A DNA stretch of 64,000 bases from an uncultured delta proteobacterium (GCA_963699755.1 CAVOVB010000001.1:384001-448000), one strand, 5' to 3'. Counted from the stretch's first letter, positions 50,979 through 61,245 are shown. The notes: generated by a model from the sequence alone, not told the origin. Program-made: numbers and translations.

Positions 50979-51866
50979 ATGACGCTTCCTCGGCGCGTGG
51001 TCCCGAACGCGACCTACTTGGTAACCCGCCGGTGCCTCGGGCGACGCTTTCTCCTTCGTCCTGACCGCATCCTCAATCAGGTATTCGTCTACTGCCTCGC
51101 CCGGGCCGCCGAAAAGCACGGCGTCGAGGTCCACGCCCTGGGTGTGATGAGCAATCACCATCACCTGGTTGTGACCGACGTTCAGGGCGTGCTCCCCGAC
51201 TTTTTGATGAGCCTCCATCGCACTCTGGCGATGTGCATCAAGCGGCTCCGAGACTGGGATGAAGTGGTGTGGGAGCCCAACGTTTCGACGAGCGCCGTCG
51301 AGCTCACCGGGCCCTCCGAAATCCTCGACAAGGTCGCCTACACGATTCTCAACCCGGTGAGCGCAGGGCTCGTGCGCGCGCCGCACTGCTGGCCGGGGGT
51401 GCTCAGCACGTGCGCCGAGCTTGCGCGGGGCACGCTCGAGGCCAAAAGGCCCCCGGTGTGGTTCAAGGACAGCGCACCGAAGACGGCGAAGCTTCGATGG
51501 ACGGTGCCACCGAGCTTTGTGCGCAAGGAAGCCTACCTCGATGCGCTCGGCAACCTGGTCGGGAGCCGCCTTCGTGAACTCCGCGTCGCCCATCGCCGTT
51601 CGGGCAAGGGCTATCTCGGAGGCATCCGGGTTCGAAAGACGCGCGTGACGGACCGGCCCAACACCCGGAAATCCCGCTTCGGCCCAAGCCCCACGTTCTC
51701 GGCCCTGACGCGGAGGAAGTGGCTCGAGGTCGTGAAACGCCTTCGCGCGTTTCGAAGAGCGTATCGCGAAGCCTATGCGGCGTGGCGTCAGGGCGAGTCG
51801 AGCGTCGAGTTCCCGCTCGGCACCTGGTGGGTCGTCCGCTACGCCGGGGCCCAGGCAGCGACCTAG
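50979..51866 (+). CDS. RAYT-like Y1 HUH transposase
   Basis: YLVTRRC, VMSNHHHLVVTD, AYTILNPVSAGLV, FPLGTWW. Confidence 0.85.
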   Translation: MTLPRRVVPNATYLVTRRCLGRRFLLRPDRILNQVFVYCLARAAEKHGVEVHALGVMSNHHHLVVTDVQGVLPDFLMSLHRTLAMCIKRLRDWDEVVWEPNVSTSAVELTGPSEILDKVAYTILNPVSAGLVRAPHCWPGVLSTCAELARGTLEAKRPPVWFKDSAPKTAKLRWTVPPSFVRKEAYLDALGNLVGSRLRELRVAHRRSGKGYLGGIRVRKTRVTDRPNTRKSRFGPSPTFSALTRRKWLEVVKRLRAFRRAYREAYAAWRQGESSVEFPLGTWWVVRYAGAQAAT

Positions 51867-52062
51867 CGAACGGACGCCCACAGCCCTGAGCTGGTCGACC
51901 CCTTGCGAGTCGTGCGTACGCATCCACCCTTCGCAACCGTCTTCTGTTCGGAGGACGGTTTCGAGCGTTCGCCAAAGTGCCCGGAGCGCTGTGCGGCCCG
52001 CTTACTGCGCTCGCTGCCGTCGCAAGCAGTAGGGGACCGGCCCCCGCCAAACGGACTCGTTA

Positions 52063-52125
52063 CAACTTCAACGTGGGAAGGTCGGGCCGGGCCGTAACTT
52101 CAACGTGGGAAGGTCGGGCCGGGCG
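52063..52125 (+). repeat. Repeat array right of RAYT2 (inverted relative to left)
   Basis: AACTTCAACGTGGGAAGGTCGGGCCGGG x2. Confidence 0.85.
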
Positions 52126-52154
52126 GCGGGCCGGGCGGGGGGGGGTGGGGAGGA

Positions 52155-52400
52155 AGGAGCAGAAGGCAGGCCTCACGGAGTACGAAGCCCGATACATCAA
52201 CGCACGCTCATTTCGACATGCCGCGGTGACCGACATGACCGTGCGTAGCAACGAGCTCGCCAGCGTCTCGTGCCTGGCCGGCCACAAGGACGTGCAGACC
52301 ACCTCACGGTACGTCCATCCACCGTTTGAGGCTAGCAAACGAGTCAACGATGCCCGTTTTCGGGACACCGTTTGGAACACGAGCGAGTTCTACGAAGAAG
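52155..52400 (+). pseudogene. Tyrosine integrase C-terminal relic
   Basis: RSFRHAAVT...LAGHKDVQTTSRYVH (box II and catalytic Tyr). Confidence 0.75.
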
Positions 52401-52429
52401 GCGAAATCGCTAACTCGTTGAAACTACTA

Positions 52430-52472
52430 GCGGACGCGAAGGGATTCGAACCCCCGACTTCTGCCTCCGGAG
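52430..52472 (-). other. 3' half of tRNA-Arg(CCG), att-like
   Basis: Reverse complement CTCCGGAGGCAGAAGTCGGGGGTTCGAATCCCTTCGCGTCCGC. Confidence 0.65.
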
Positions 52473-52933
52473 CCCACTCCGCGATCGCGTTGGCCTGCGT
52501 TTTCTAGGGTTTCGTGATTCCGTCGAGCGTGCCGTAGCGCGCGAGAGTGTTCGGTCTTGCGCGCTCGTGGGATTACTAATCCCACCCGAAGTCGTGCAGC
52601 TGGCCTGGGCCGTGTTGGAGGATAAAAGCGCCACCGAGCGCGAGGTCGAGCTCGCCCGCTGGGCGCTGAGCGCGTGCGCATAGCCACCCCGGGTAACATG
52701 ACATGAGGGACCGCGCATCGGCTCTAGGCTCACTACTCGGCCTATTCGAAGTCGCAGAGGTACATGAGATCGCCCGGATTCGAGCCCGGATACCCGCCCT
52801 CGAGGAAGCGCTCGCTGTTCTCAAACAGAAGAACTCAGAAGACCGATGAAGCCAAGCTTGGGCTCTAGCGATCCAGGTCGTGTAAGCATGCTGGAGCTTT
52901 GATCGGCAGAGGCGCTAAACACATACTCGATGC

Positions 52934-53400
52934 GTGAACGACCAAGACAGGCGGAAAGACACCTGGTCAGCCAGGCCCTTGGTGCGGAAAATCATCAGCT
53001 TCTTCTCGCAACTGAACGTGACGGTTTACCGATGGACCGCGGGCTTTCTAGGCTCGAACTGGCGCCTCGGAAGCGCCTTCCCTTGGGGTATTCCGCTCCT
53101 CTTGCTGTCGACACTTGGACGCAAGACTGCGGGACGCGGACCACGCCGCTTGGTTTCCTCGAAGAAGGGGACAGGGGCATCGTCGCGGCGTCGCAGCTTG
53201 GGCTTTCCAAGGACCCGCTCAGGTACAAGAACCTTCAGGTCCACCCTGAATGCCGCGTGCAGATCAAACGCAGCAAGATGAAGATGCAGGCACGCACGGC
53301 GGCTCCGGAGGAGCGTGCCCATCTGCGGCCCAAGCTCGTGGCGCGCTACTCGGGTTTTGCCGCGAGCGCCCAATACGCGCGTCTTCGTCGACCTGGTCAG
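52934..53400 (+). pseudogene. Ddn-like deazaflavin-dependent nitroreductase, frameshifted
   Basis: LLLSTLGRKT / RTTPL...IVAASQLG..KDP.RYKNL..HP...ARTAAPEER split over two frames. Confidence 0.78.
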
Positions 53401-53420
53401 GACGGAGAGCGGCCCCCAGA

Positions 53421-55067
53421 TCAGAAGTTATACAGCCAGTAGTCGCGCGACACGGTGGCGCGGATTGGACCGCCAAAGCTGGCTTCTGAGCCCAGGCCAA
53501 CGCCATTGCGAATGCTCAGTTTGGCCTCCACCCCAGCGGCAGCGAAACCCACGTCGGGACCGACGCCAATGGAAAAGATCAGGTCCGGGTTTTCGTAGTC
53601 TGCCTCGATCTCTCCCTCAGCAATGGCGACGCCCACCGAAAAGCCCACCGTGCTCTCACCAAAGGTCAAACAGACGAAGCCATCGGCGCAGGCTTCCATC
53701 CCGGTTTCGAAGCTCGGCTGGCGAGCGGTCGGATCGATTGCTTCCATGGCCTCGATGACACTCGGCGCACGACAGACGGACGAGATTCCGTCGAGCTCGC
53801 CAAGGTAAGATTCATATTCATCGGGGATTGTGTTCACGTCCCCACTCTCCAGGGCGGCCACCATCCAATCGACGAGGTCAAGGAGCGCCGTGACCTCGCG
53901 TTCGTCAAGGTCACCGATGCGTTCTTCGATGGCGGCATAGGAGCAAGCTCGGTACCGAGCGCGGTGCGCATGGTTCAGGCCGAGCAACTCGCCAACCCGA
54001 CCTAGTTCGTATTGAAAGGCGGCCATAATCTCTGAGGCCATCGAGGTGCAGTACGACATCTCACAACCGAGGTCACAGGCGTCGTCAAGACAGTCGTAAT
54101 TACAACGGGTGTATTCACGGCGAAGCGTGTTCTTCCGGTCCTCATGCGCATACCCGTTCACCATCAGGTCCTCGACGATCGGGCTCGCTGCCCGCATCAG
54201 CCAGGCTGTTTCGTCGTCTATGCACGTCTGGATGCCGTCCCGAATCTCTCGCCCAGCATCGGAGGAAGCACCGGTGGGCATCCGGTCCGTGGGGTCGACC
54301 CCCGAATCCAGAGGACCCGCAAGATCGGCCAGTTCGTTTGCCTCCGGGTCATCTGGGTCGATGGCCAGGGCTTGTTGTGCATGGATGCGCGCTGCATCGT
54401 CATCGCCGCTCTCCAGTTGCAACTGGCCCGCCCGCAGGTGATTGAACAAGGAGGTGGGGTGCCCACTGAAGCTTCGCTGCAAGAAGTAGATGGCGCGGCG
54501 GCGGTCCCCTTCCTGTTGATAGATGTGAGCCAGGCTCGCCAGCGCAGTGAAGAGCTCGGGATCTTCGGCCAAGGCGCGTAGCAGGACGGAGCGCGCATCG
54601 CCCGTGTTGTCATTGGCGAGCAGAGCCCACCCCAGTTGGTTCAAGGCGAACGGATCGGTGGGATCCGAGAGCACGGCCTCGGCAAAAGCCCAGGTGCCGC
54701 CGCTGAGGCTTCCGGCGAAGACCAGGGCGACGCCGGCCATGAGATAGGCGTCAGCCTCGCTCGTTGGGTCGCTCTCGACCCGAGGCGGCGCGGCGAGCGG
54801 TGCAAGGCGCATGGCCTCGGTGGCGATATGGTCGGCAATCGCTGTCCGTACCGCCTCCGGAACCTCGTCTCGCACCTCGGATTCAACCGCCATGGCGATG
54901 GCCACCACCTCGTCTCGCGACGGTGCCGTCGGCATGAACGGACCCGTCCAGGGCAGAGCGCCATGGTCGGGCAAAGATCCTCCGTTCTCCTCGCCCCCCG
55001 CACACGCTGCTACGCAAAGTAGGGTGCAGACATTCACGACACCTTTTCGAACTCGGCTCGACAACAT
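53421..55067 (-). CDS. TPR-containing Cys-rich lipoprotein
   Basis: Lipobox VAAC; TPR helices; CNYDCLDDACDLGCEMSYC; beta-rich C-terminus. Confidence 0.7.
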   Translation of the reverse strand: MLSSRVRKGVVNVCTLLCVAACAGGEENGGSLPDHGALPWTGPFMPTAPSRDEVVAIAMAVESEVRDEVPEAVRTAIADHIATEAMRLAPLAAPPRVESDPTSEADAYLMAGVALVFAGSLSGGTWAFAEAVLSDPTDPFALNQLGWALLANDNTGDARSVLLRALAEDPELFTALASLAHIYQQEGDRRRAIYFLQRSFSGHPTSLFNHLRAGQLQLESGDDDAARIHAQQALAIDPDDPEANELADLAGPLDSGVDPTDRMPTGASSDAGREIRDGIQTCIDDETAWLMRAASPIVEDLMVNGYAHEDRKNTLRREYTRCNYDCLDDACDLGCEMSYCTSMASEIMAAFQYELGRVGELLGLNHAHRARYRACSYAAIEERIGDLDEREVTALLDLVDWMVAALESGDVNTIPDEYESYLGELDGISSVCRAPSVIEAMEAIDPTARQPSFETGMEACADGFVCLTFGESTVGFSVGVAIAEGEIEADYENPDLIFSIGVGPDVGFAAAGVEAKLSIRNGVGLGSEASFGGPIRATVSRDYWLYNF

Positions 55068-55090
55068 GATTGCCGCCCTTTGGGGACTCC

Positions 55091-56242
55091 TTACGGCCTC
55101 GACCGGATGATCGTCGCGCTGTCTACGAGTCCATCTTCCAGCAGGACGTAGAGATCCTCACCGACGGCGGCGATCCCCTGCAACTCCTGAAAGAGCGAGC
55201 TGTAGCCGAAGATCTCATACGTACTGCTCACCTGCTGTGAGTCCAAGTCGATTTGAACGATCGGCGAAGGGCTCTCCGGAACGATGCCCCAAAGATGAGT
55301 CCCGTCCCACGTCATCGCCCGAAGGTCGATAGAGAAGTCGTATCGGTTGACGAGGGTCTTGGTGGTGGGATCCACCTCGAGCAGCTCAGCAGTATCCGTG
55401 CTTGCCGATCGGCCGGCGAGCCACAGATGAGCGCCGTCCCACGCCATCGCTCCGATGTATAGCTTGTGTCCGAGGTCCAGCTCGGTGTCGATGGTATCCA
55501 CCTCCACATCAGCCCGATCACGACCGGTCGCGATGTGATCGAGAGGGGCTATGAGCCAAAAGAGAGAGCCATCATAGGCATGGACCTCGTTGACGCCGCT
55601 GGGCCGGTCCAGTGGCGTTCCCAGTGCTTCATCGTTCAGGTCGAACGGAATCAGGGCGTCGCTCATGCCTGCGTTGGCGCCAAACCACAAAGCTGCGCCA
55701 TCCGAGACCAAGCCGGTGTCCCTGAGTCTGGTTTCGCTAGCTTCCACCAAGACTGTCGGAGCGAGCTTCACACACTCGCTACCCTCAGGCGAGGATGACA
55801 GTCTACTGAAGATCTGTCGGCGCCCTGTGCTGTCGGTTAGCCCGAGCAGGTCGTCTTGAATGTCGTAGGCATAACTCTTTGCGACAAATGCCGCGTATTC
55901 GTTGAACACCTCGATTTCCATGAATACGGCGTCTTCGCTGAGCTGGGTGAAGAGAAGATCTACACAAGCCAGCACATTGCTCTCGGGATGCCTGAACGTG
56001 GCAACCCCGGTGCTGTCTTCACGGAGCTCGAGCACCACGAACTCGACCTCGGGGAAGAACCTGAAGATCTCGCCGTCCAGGGGCTCCCAGCTTCCAACCA
56101 GCGCCTCATTGCTTATCCCGCCGCTTCCGTCATCAGAGCAGCCTACCGGCACCATGGCCAGGACGAGACTCACAACGACAAGGCTGACAAGCACTCGCCC
56201 CGACCGCGGAACAGTCACCACACATCCGTGCGTCTTCATCAC
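55091..56242 (-). CDS. Lipoprotein with beta-propeller (WDG-x-xLW repeats)
   Basis: Lipobox PVGC; SDGAALW, YDGSLFW, WDGAHLW, WDGTHLW. Confidence 0.72.
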   Translation of the reverse strand: MMKTHGCVVTVPRSGRVLVSLVVVSLVLAMVPVGCSDDGSGGISNEALVGSWEPLDGEIFRFFPEVEFVVLELREDSTGVATFRHPESNVLACVDLLFTQLSEDAVFMEIEVFNEYAAFVAKSYAYDIQDDLLGLTDSTGRRQIFSRLSSSPEGSECVKLAPTVLVEASETRLRDTGLVSDGAALWFGANAGMSDALIPFDLNDEALGTPLDRPSGVNEVHAYDGSLFWLIAPLDHIATGRDRADVEVDTIDTELDLGHKLYIGAMAWDGAHLWLAGRSASTDTAELLEVDPTTKTLVNRYDFSIDLRAMTWDGTHLWGIVPESPSPIVQIDLDSQQVSSTYEIFGYSSLFQELQGIAAVGEDLYVLLEDGLVDSATIIRSRP

Positions 56243-56405
56243 CTTACTCCTTGCCGGCTCGACTCAAACCCGTTGGCCGGCGTACGGAGACCCGATGCAC
56301 GGTTAGTGCCAACGCAGGACCTGCTGATCACTCGTTTCTTGGGGAAAGCTAACGCGCAAGTCTTGCGTTTGTCTGCGAAACTACGAAAAGAGTGCGCCGA
56401 AAATC

Positions 56406-56500
56406 GTGAGCGACGCGAAGGACGACATCGTGGCTTCCGGGTTCATCGACACCCATTCCCACGGACAGGATCCGTTTGTCTTCAAGCTGTACCCTGCCCT
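56406..56500 (+). pseudogene. Amidohydrolase N-terminal fragment
   Basis: IVASGFIDTHSH (PGFIDxHxH-like). Confidence 0.5.
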
Positions 56501-56569
56501 CTACAGGCATTCCCTACGTGGTCGTGGACGACTGGTTCCCGGCGGACAGGACGCACCTCGATTCAGGGT

Positions 56570-57110
56570 CGCGGGGAGGCGTTGTCATCCATCCGCTGGC
56601 GAGGCAGATCGCGCAGCGGTGCAAGGAGAAGCTCCTCGAATCGTCCGAGAGGTGACGCTCGGCCCAGGTACGAAAGACCTTCGCCAGCGCTGGAGGTGCC
56701 GCTCACGGACCTCTTCGCGAGCTGGCTGGCAGCGATGGGAGCCGAGGTGTCGAAGGATACCGTCCGCTGCTGGGAGACGTACGCAGCCGCTCATTTCATC
56801 CCGTTCTTCGAAACCTGTTGGGCACCAAACCAGCGATTCCGAGGATTCCGAGACGCGCTACCGGTACGGCCCATCCGAAGGGGAAGCGCGAGACGGTTAC
56901 GCTGACGCCGGAGGAAATGGACGCCATCGTGGCTCAGCTCCCAGAGCGTTCGAAGCTCGGCTATCCGATGCGGGCGTACTACGAGGTGGTGCGAGAAACG
57001 GGGCTTCGGCCTTCGACGCGCAGCATTGGAGGCTAGTCTCAAGGAGTACGAGCCGCAATACATCAACGCACGCTCATTTCGACATGCCGCGGTGACCGAC
57101 ATGACGGTGA
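56570..57110 (+). pseudogene. Tyrosine integrase relic (multiple deletions)
   Basis: LTPEEMDAI...ETGLRPS box I; ~65 bp nearly identical to 52177-52243 (RSFRHAAVT). Confidence 0.7.
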
Positions 57111-57161
57111 CACGAACGATTTCTGCGAGGAGGACGAGAGCACTAGCTCGTTGAAATCGCA

Positions 57162-57183
57162 GCGGAGGCGGTGGGAATCGAAC
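57162..57183 (-). other. tmRNA/tRNA 3'-end-like att scar
   Basis: Reverse complement GTTCGATTCCCACCGCCTCCGC. Confidence 0.5.
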
Positions 57184-58059
57184 AGCCGGGAGCTCGCCCG
57201 ATTCCGACGTTTCTCGAACGGTTTCGCGGACAGGTATCGATGAGAACTGGACTTCCCCCGCCCCTGTAGACACCTCGAAGCCAAACGCGAGGTGCTTAAG
57301 CTTCGAGCCGAGCTTCGGCGCGCGCAAGAAGAGCGGGACATATTAAAAAAGCCGCTGTGTACTTTGCGCGAGAGCCCGAGCAAAGTACGCATTCATCGAA
57401 GCGCACCGCAAGGAGCACCGCATCCAGACGATGTGCCGGGTGCTCGGCGTGGCGCGCAGCGGGTTCTACGCCTGGCTTCATCGGCCGCTGTCGGATCGAG
57501 CGCGGCAGGACGGCCGTTTGCTCGAGCTCATTCGCGCCTCGTGGTTTGCGAGCGGGGGTATCTATGGGAGCCCCCGCATGTGGGGCGACCTTCGCGAATC
57601 GGGCGTTCGGTGCAGCAAGAAGCGCATCGCCCGCATCATGAGAGAGCACAAGATCCGGGCCATTCGTGGCTACAAGCGCCCGCGTCACCGCCCTGGGCGT
57701 CCCGCCGCACTCGCACCCAATCGGTTGCAGCAGCAGTTCACGGTGAGCCGTCCCGACGAAGCCTGGGTGACCGACATCACCTACCTCCGCACATGGCAAG
57801 GGTGGCTCTACTTGGCCGTCGTGATCGACCTCCACTCGCGCCGCGTCGTCGGATGGTCGATGAAGTCGTCGCTACACCGCGAGCTCGTACTCGATGCGCT
57901 CTTGATGGCGGTGTGGCAGCGCAAGCCTCGGCAGCACGTCATCGTGCATTCCGATCAAGGCACGCAATACGGCAGCGATGAGTGGCAGCGTTTCTGCCGA
58001 GCGCACCGGCTCACCACGAGCATGAGCCGCCGCGGCAACTGCTACGACTGTGATGATGC

Positions 58060-58290
58060 TTGGACGCCGATCGATCCTCTGGAAAGATCGTCGTGGTCGT
58101 TGCTTCGGGTGATCTGACCCTTGCTATGATCGACCTTGGGTGTCCTGGCGTTGACGTGTCGGTCACCCGCAAGCAGCGGCGTATCCTTACCAGCCAGGCG
58201 GGTCGTGACCTCATAGGAGCCTGAATACTTCGGTCCCATCACAGTCCTGTCCTTCCTCGTCTGACCGGTGAGTTCAACCACTGACCGGAA
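58060..58290 (+). ncRNA. Predicted IS110 bridge RNA
   Basis: Two stem-enclosed loops: TGCTATGA/GGCGTTG (target) and ATAGGAGC/CATCACAG (donor). Confidence 0.75.
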
Positions 58291-58301
58291 GGAATACCTG
58301 C

Positions 58302-59381
58302 ATGCCAAGCGTCTCGCCGAAGCCCACCGAAATCATCGTGGGCGTGGATACACACAAGCACCAACATGTCGCATTCGCGATCGATGGACTGGGCCGCGTC
58401 GCCGCCGAGCCTATCACGATTCCCGCAACGGGGGCCGGCTATGCCCAACTGCTTGCATGGGCCGATGCGCTGGGCACCGTTCACGCCTTTGGGGTGGAGG
58501 GTTGTGGCTCCTACGGAATCGGTCTGGCACGCTTCCTTCGGCGCCATGGTCGTAGTCTGCAAGAGGTCGCTCGCCCTGTTCGCCGAGGGGAGCGTCGAAA
58601 GTCTGGAAAGAGCGACGCGATCGATGCCGAACATGCCGCACGCACCATCCTCACCAGCACAGGAACTGCGACTCCAAAGCTCGCGAACGGTCCTGTGGAG
58701 GCGCTCCGACTCATCAAAATCGCCCGAGATACAGCGGTGAAAGCGCAGTCGATGACCATGATCACGCTCAAGGCCATGGTCGTCACAGCGCCCAGCGGGT
58801 CGCGCGAACGAATCGAGCCGCTCAACAACCACCAGCTCGTCCTGGCATGCTCCGCTCTCGATTCGTCGGAGGCAGTGTCCGACCCCGAAGTCGCCGTCCG
58901 GTACGCACTCGGTGCGCTCGGCCGCCGGTGGCTACAACTCCACGAGGAGATCAAGACGCATACCGCTTATCTCAAGGAGCTCACGCGAGCGTCGGCGCCG
59001 GAGCTGGTCGACACGTTCGGAGTCGGGTTCGACAGCGCAGCCGAGTTTCTCATCGCGGCCGGTGACAATGCCGACCGTATTCGTTCCGAAGCGGCTTTCG
59101 CCAAGCTCTGCGGAGCATGTCCGATCCCCGCAGGGTCGGGCATGACCAACGGTCGTCATCGTTTGAACCGAGGCGGTAATCGCCAAGCCAATGCCTCACT
59201 CTATCGAATCGTCATCGTCCGGATGCGCTGGCATCCCGCCACCATGGCGTACGTCGAACGCCGCACTGCCGAAGGTTTGTCGAAGAAGGAGATCATTCGT
59301 TGCCTCAAGCGTTTCGTCGCTCGGGAGATCTATCGCCTCCTGCCAAGACCAAGTTCTGCGAGTCTGCCAAAAGCCGCCTAG
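58302..59381 (+). CDS. IS110-family DEDD recombinase
   Basis: GVDTHK, GVEGCGSYG, GKSDAIDA, PAGSG, RLNRGGNRQAN. Confidence 0.95.
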   Translation: MPSVSPKPTEIIVGVDTHKHQHVAFAIDGLGRVAAEPITIPATGAGYAQLLAWADALGTVHAFGVEGCGSYGIGLARFLRRHGRSLQEVARPVRRGERRKSGKSDAIDAEHAARTILTSTGTATPKLANGPVEALRLIKIARDTAVKAQSMTMITLKAMVVTAPSGSRERIEPLNNHQLVLACSALDSSEAVSDPEVAVRYALGALGRRWLQLHEEIKTHTAYLKELTRASAPELVDTFGVGFDSAAEFLIAAGDNADRIRSEAAFAKLCGACPIPAGSGMTNGRHRLNRGGNRQANASLYRIVIVRMRWHPATMAYVERRTAEGLSKKEIIRCLKRFVAREIYRLLPRPSSASLPKAA

Positions 59382-59712
59382 CCTCCTTGACATCTATAGG
59401 AGCATCAATGCGGTCGCCGAGTCGTTTTTCAGCAGCTTGAAGAAGGAACGGATTCGAAGGAAAATCTACAGGACCCGGGCCGAAGCCCGGGCCGACGTGT
59501 TTGACTACATCGAGGTCTTCTACAATCGAAAGCGGCGGCACAGCCACATCGGAGACATGAGTCCGGCGGCCTTCGAGGCCGTCCTCAGCAACCCTAGCCG
59601 GGTGTCTACGGAAGCGGGGTAAGTCCAGCAACCCTAGCCGGGTGTCTACGGAAGCGGGGGAAGTCCATTTCGACGCGTATTTGACGCGCACTTGGTGAAG
59701 ACCCTCATGTGC

Positions 59713-61152
59713 TCAGCGTCGATGTCGGCCCGCTTGTCTCTCCAAGAAGCGGATGAAGTCGTGCCCGAAGGCATCGTTCGGGCGGAGCTTCGCATAGACA
59801 TTCACCTCTGCCAGCGCCGTTTCGTATTGGAAGAAGCTATGGACGTTGTAGATCGCCGCGTACTTGTAGACGTCGGGATGATTTGGAGCCAGTGTCTTAA
59901 GACGCGTAATCAACGGCATGACGTGAACAGGGCGCCGACCGGTAATCACGTTCAGCCGGAGCAGCGCCATGAGGACCTCGATATCGTCGCTCGCCCGCTC
60001 ATGGGCCTTTTCGAGCGCGCGGATCTGCGCGGCCATTTCTTCGTCCTCACTACACGAGTACCGGTCTTCTCTCGGCAGGGGCAGGTCCTTGCCGCTCGAT
60101 TGGGGTGCGTCCGGAAGGAGCGCGACGTAGGGGTAGTCGCCGCGCGCGATCCACCAGCTCGGGCTGGGTCCCATCACGACGAGGCGGCGCTGGTGCACGA
60201 TGTCGAACTTCCAGCCCGTCGATGTGCGGCAGAACAAGAACGGTGCGTTGTCCCACCCGTCGCGGTTGCCGAACCAGATCACTGCGTGATCCTCGTCCTG
60301 TCGCACCTCGTAGTCGGCCTGACGCCAGTGTGGGAGCGAGCGCACGGTGCGAGGATCGGGGTGGTCGGCGCTGCCCATCGCCATCTTGGTCATCTCGGTG
60401 TACACATCCACGTCGATGTCGGCGCCTTCACCCGCCCACTTCAGCAATAAGGTTTCCCAGGCCTCCTTCGCAGAGCGTGCTCCGAGACGCGCGCCATGCG
60501 GGGCCGCAATCATGGCGTCGTCTTCTTTGCGCCCGTAGCGATCGAGGCTGCGCTTTGCTCCGGCGCCGCCGGAAAGCAGCTCTCGATCGAGCTTGGCGAT
60601 GCGATCGGCGCCGTCTCTCCCATAGTGTTCGAGCTCGGCTCGCTTTTCGATCTCTTCCATGACCGCAGCGAGACCGGTCCCGATATCGCCGGTGAGATAG
60701 TACGGACGCAGCTGCAGATCTTGGATGTCTGCAGTGAATGCATCGGTGAACACGTCTTCGAGCTCGTAGGTCACTTCGAGCTTCACCTGTTTGTCGTCTT
60801 CCACCAGTAGCAGGAGCAACCCGCGCCCATCCTTGTCGCCGCCGATTCGCCAGCGGTCCACGAGCTTGACCGCGACCTCCTCGAGATAGGTCCCTGCCGG
60901 AAGCTTGGGCAAGGTCACGATGACCGCCTCGATTTGGACGCGTTGGGACATTCGGCGCAGAAACCGCCCGATGTTTTCTTCGTAGTGGTGGAGGTCGCCC
61001 GTGTAGTCGAACAACTGACGGCCTATCTCCGGTCGACTCTCGATTGAAAAGCGCTGTAACGGCGGCGTGCTGTGGGTATCCCGGTGTGTGGTCTTCAGCC
61101 CTATAGCAACGAGCCCCGTCACCAAAACCCCAGCGGCGATCAGCCACCTCAT
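59713..61152 (-). CDS. TPM (DUF477) domain protein with extended, TPR-like C-terminus
   Basis: WRIGG..GRGLLLLL, LEVTYELEDVFTD, SGGAGA. Confidence 0.75.
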   Translation of the reverse strand: MRWLIAAGVLVTGLVAIGLKTTHRDTHSTPPLQRFSIESRPEIGRQLFDYTGDLHHYEENIGRFLRRMSQRVQIEAVIVTLPKLPAGTYLEEVAVKLVDRWRIGGDKDGRGLLLLLVEDDKQVKLEVTYELEDVFTDAFTADIQDLQLRPYYLTGDIGTGLAAVMEEIEKRAELEHYGRDGADRIAKLDRELLSGGAGAKRSLDRYGRKEDDAMIAAPHGARLGARSAKEAWETLLLKWAGEGADIDVDVYTEMTKMAMGSADHPDPRTVRSLPHWRQADYEVRQDEDHAVIWFGNRDGWDNAPFLFCRTSTGWKFDIVHQRRLVVMGPSPSWWIARGDYPYVALLPDAPQSSGKDLPLPREDRYSCSEDEEMAAQIRALEKAHERASDDIEVLMALLRLNVITGRRPVHVMPLITRLKTLAPNHPDVYKYAAIYNVHSFFQYETALAEVNVYAKLRPNDAFGHDFIRFLERQAGRHRR

Positions 61153-61245
61153 TCGTGCCCCATGAGCCGCTGGGCTCCGTTCCCCTCCCATGCCCTCAGT
61201 CTAACGGGTGATAGATCTGCCTCGCAAAACTGGGCAGGTCTTTGT

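Larger units (their letters stand above)
58049..59406 (+). mobile_element. IS110-family element, apparently intact
   Basis: Removal restores IS3 TGCTACGAC|AATGCG with no duplication; ends TGTGATGATGCT and TTGACATCTATAGGAGCATC. Confidence 0.92.
57248..59667 (+). mobile_element. IS3-family element (orfA mostly deleted) interrupted by IS110; right end tandemly duplicated
   Basis: IRL TGGACTTCCCCCG..GTAGACACC; IRR GGTGTCTACGGAAGCGGGG(T/G)AAGTCCA x2; orfB WVTDITY, HSDQG, GNCYD|NAVAESFF. Confidence 0.92.
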
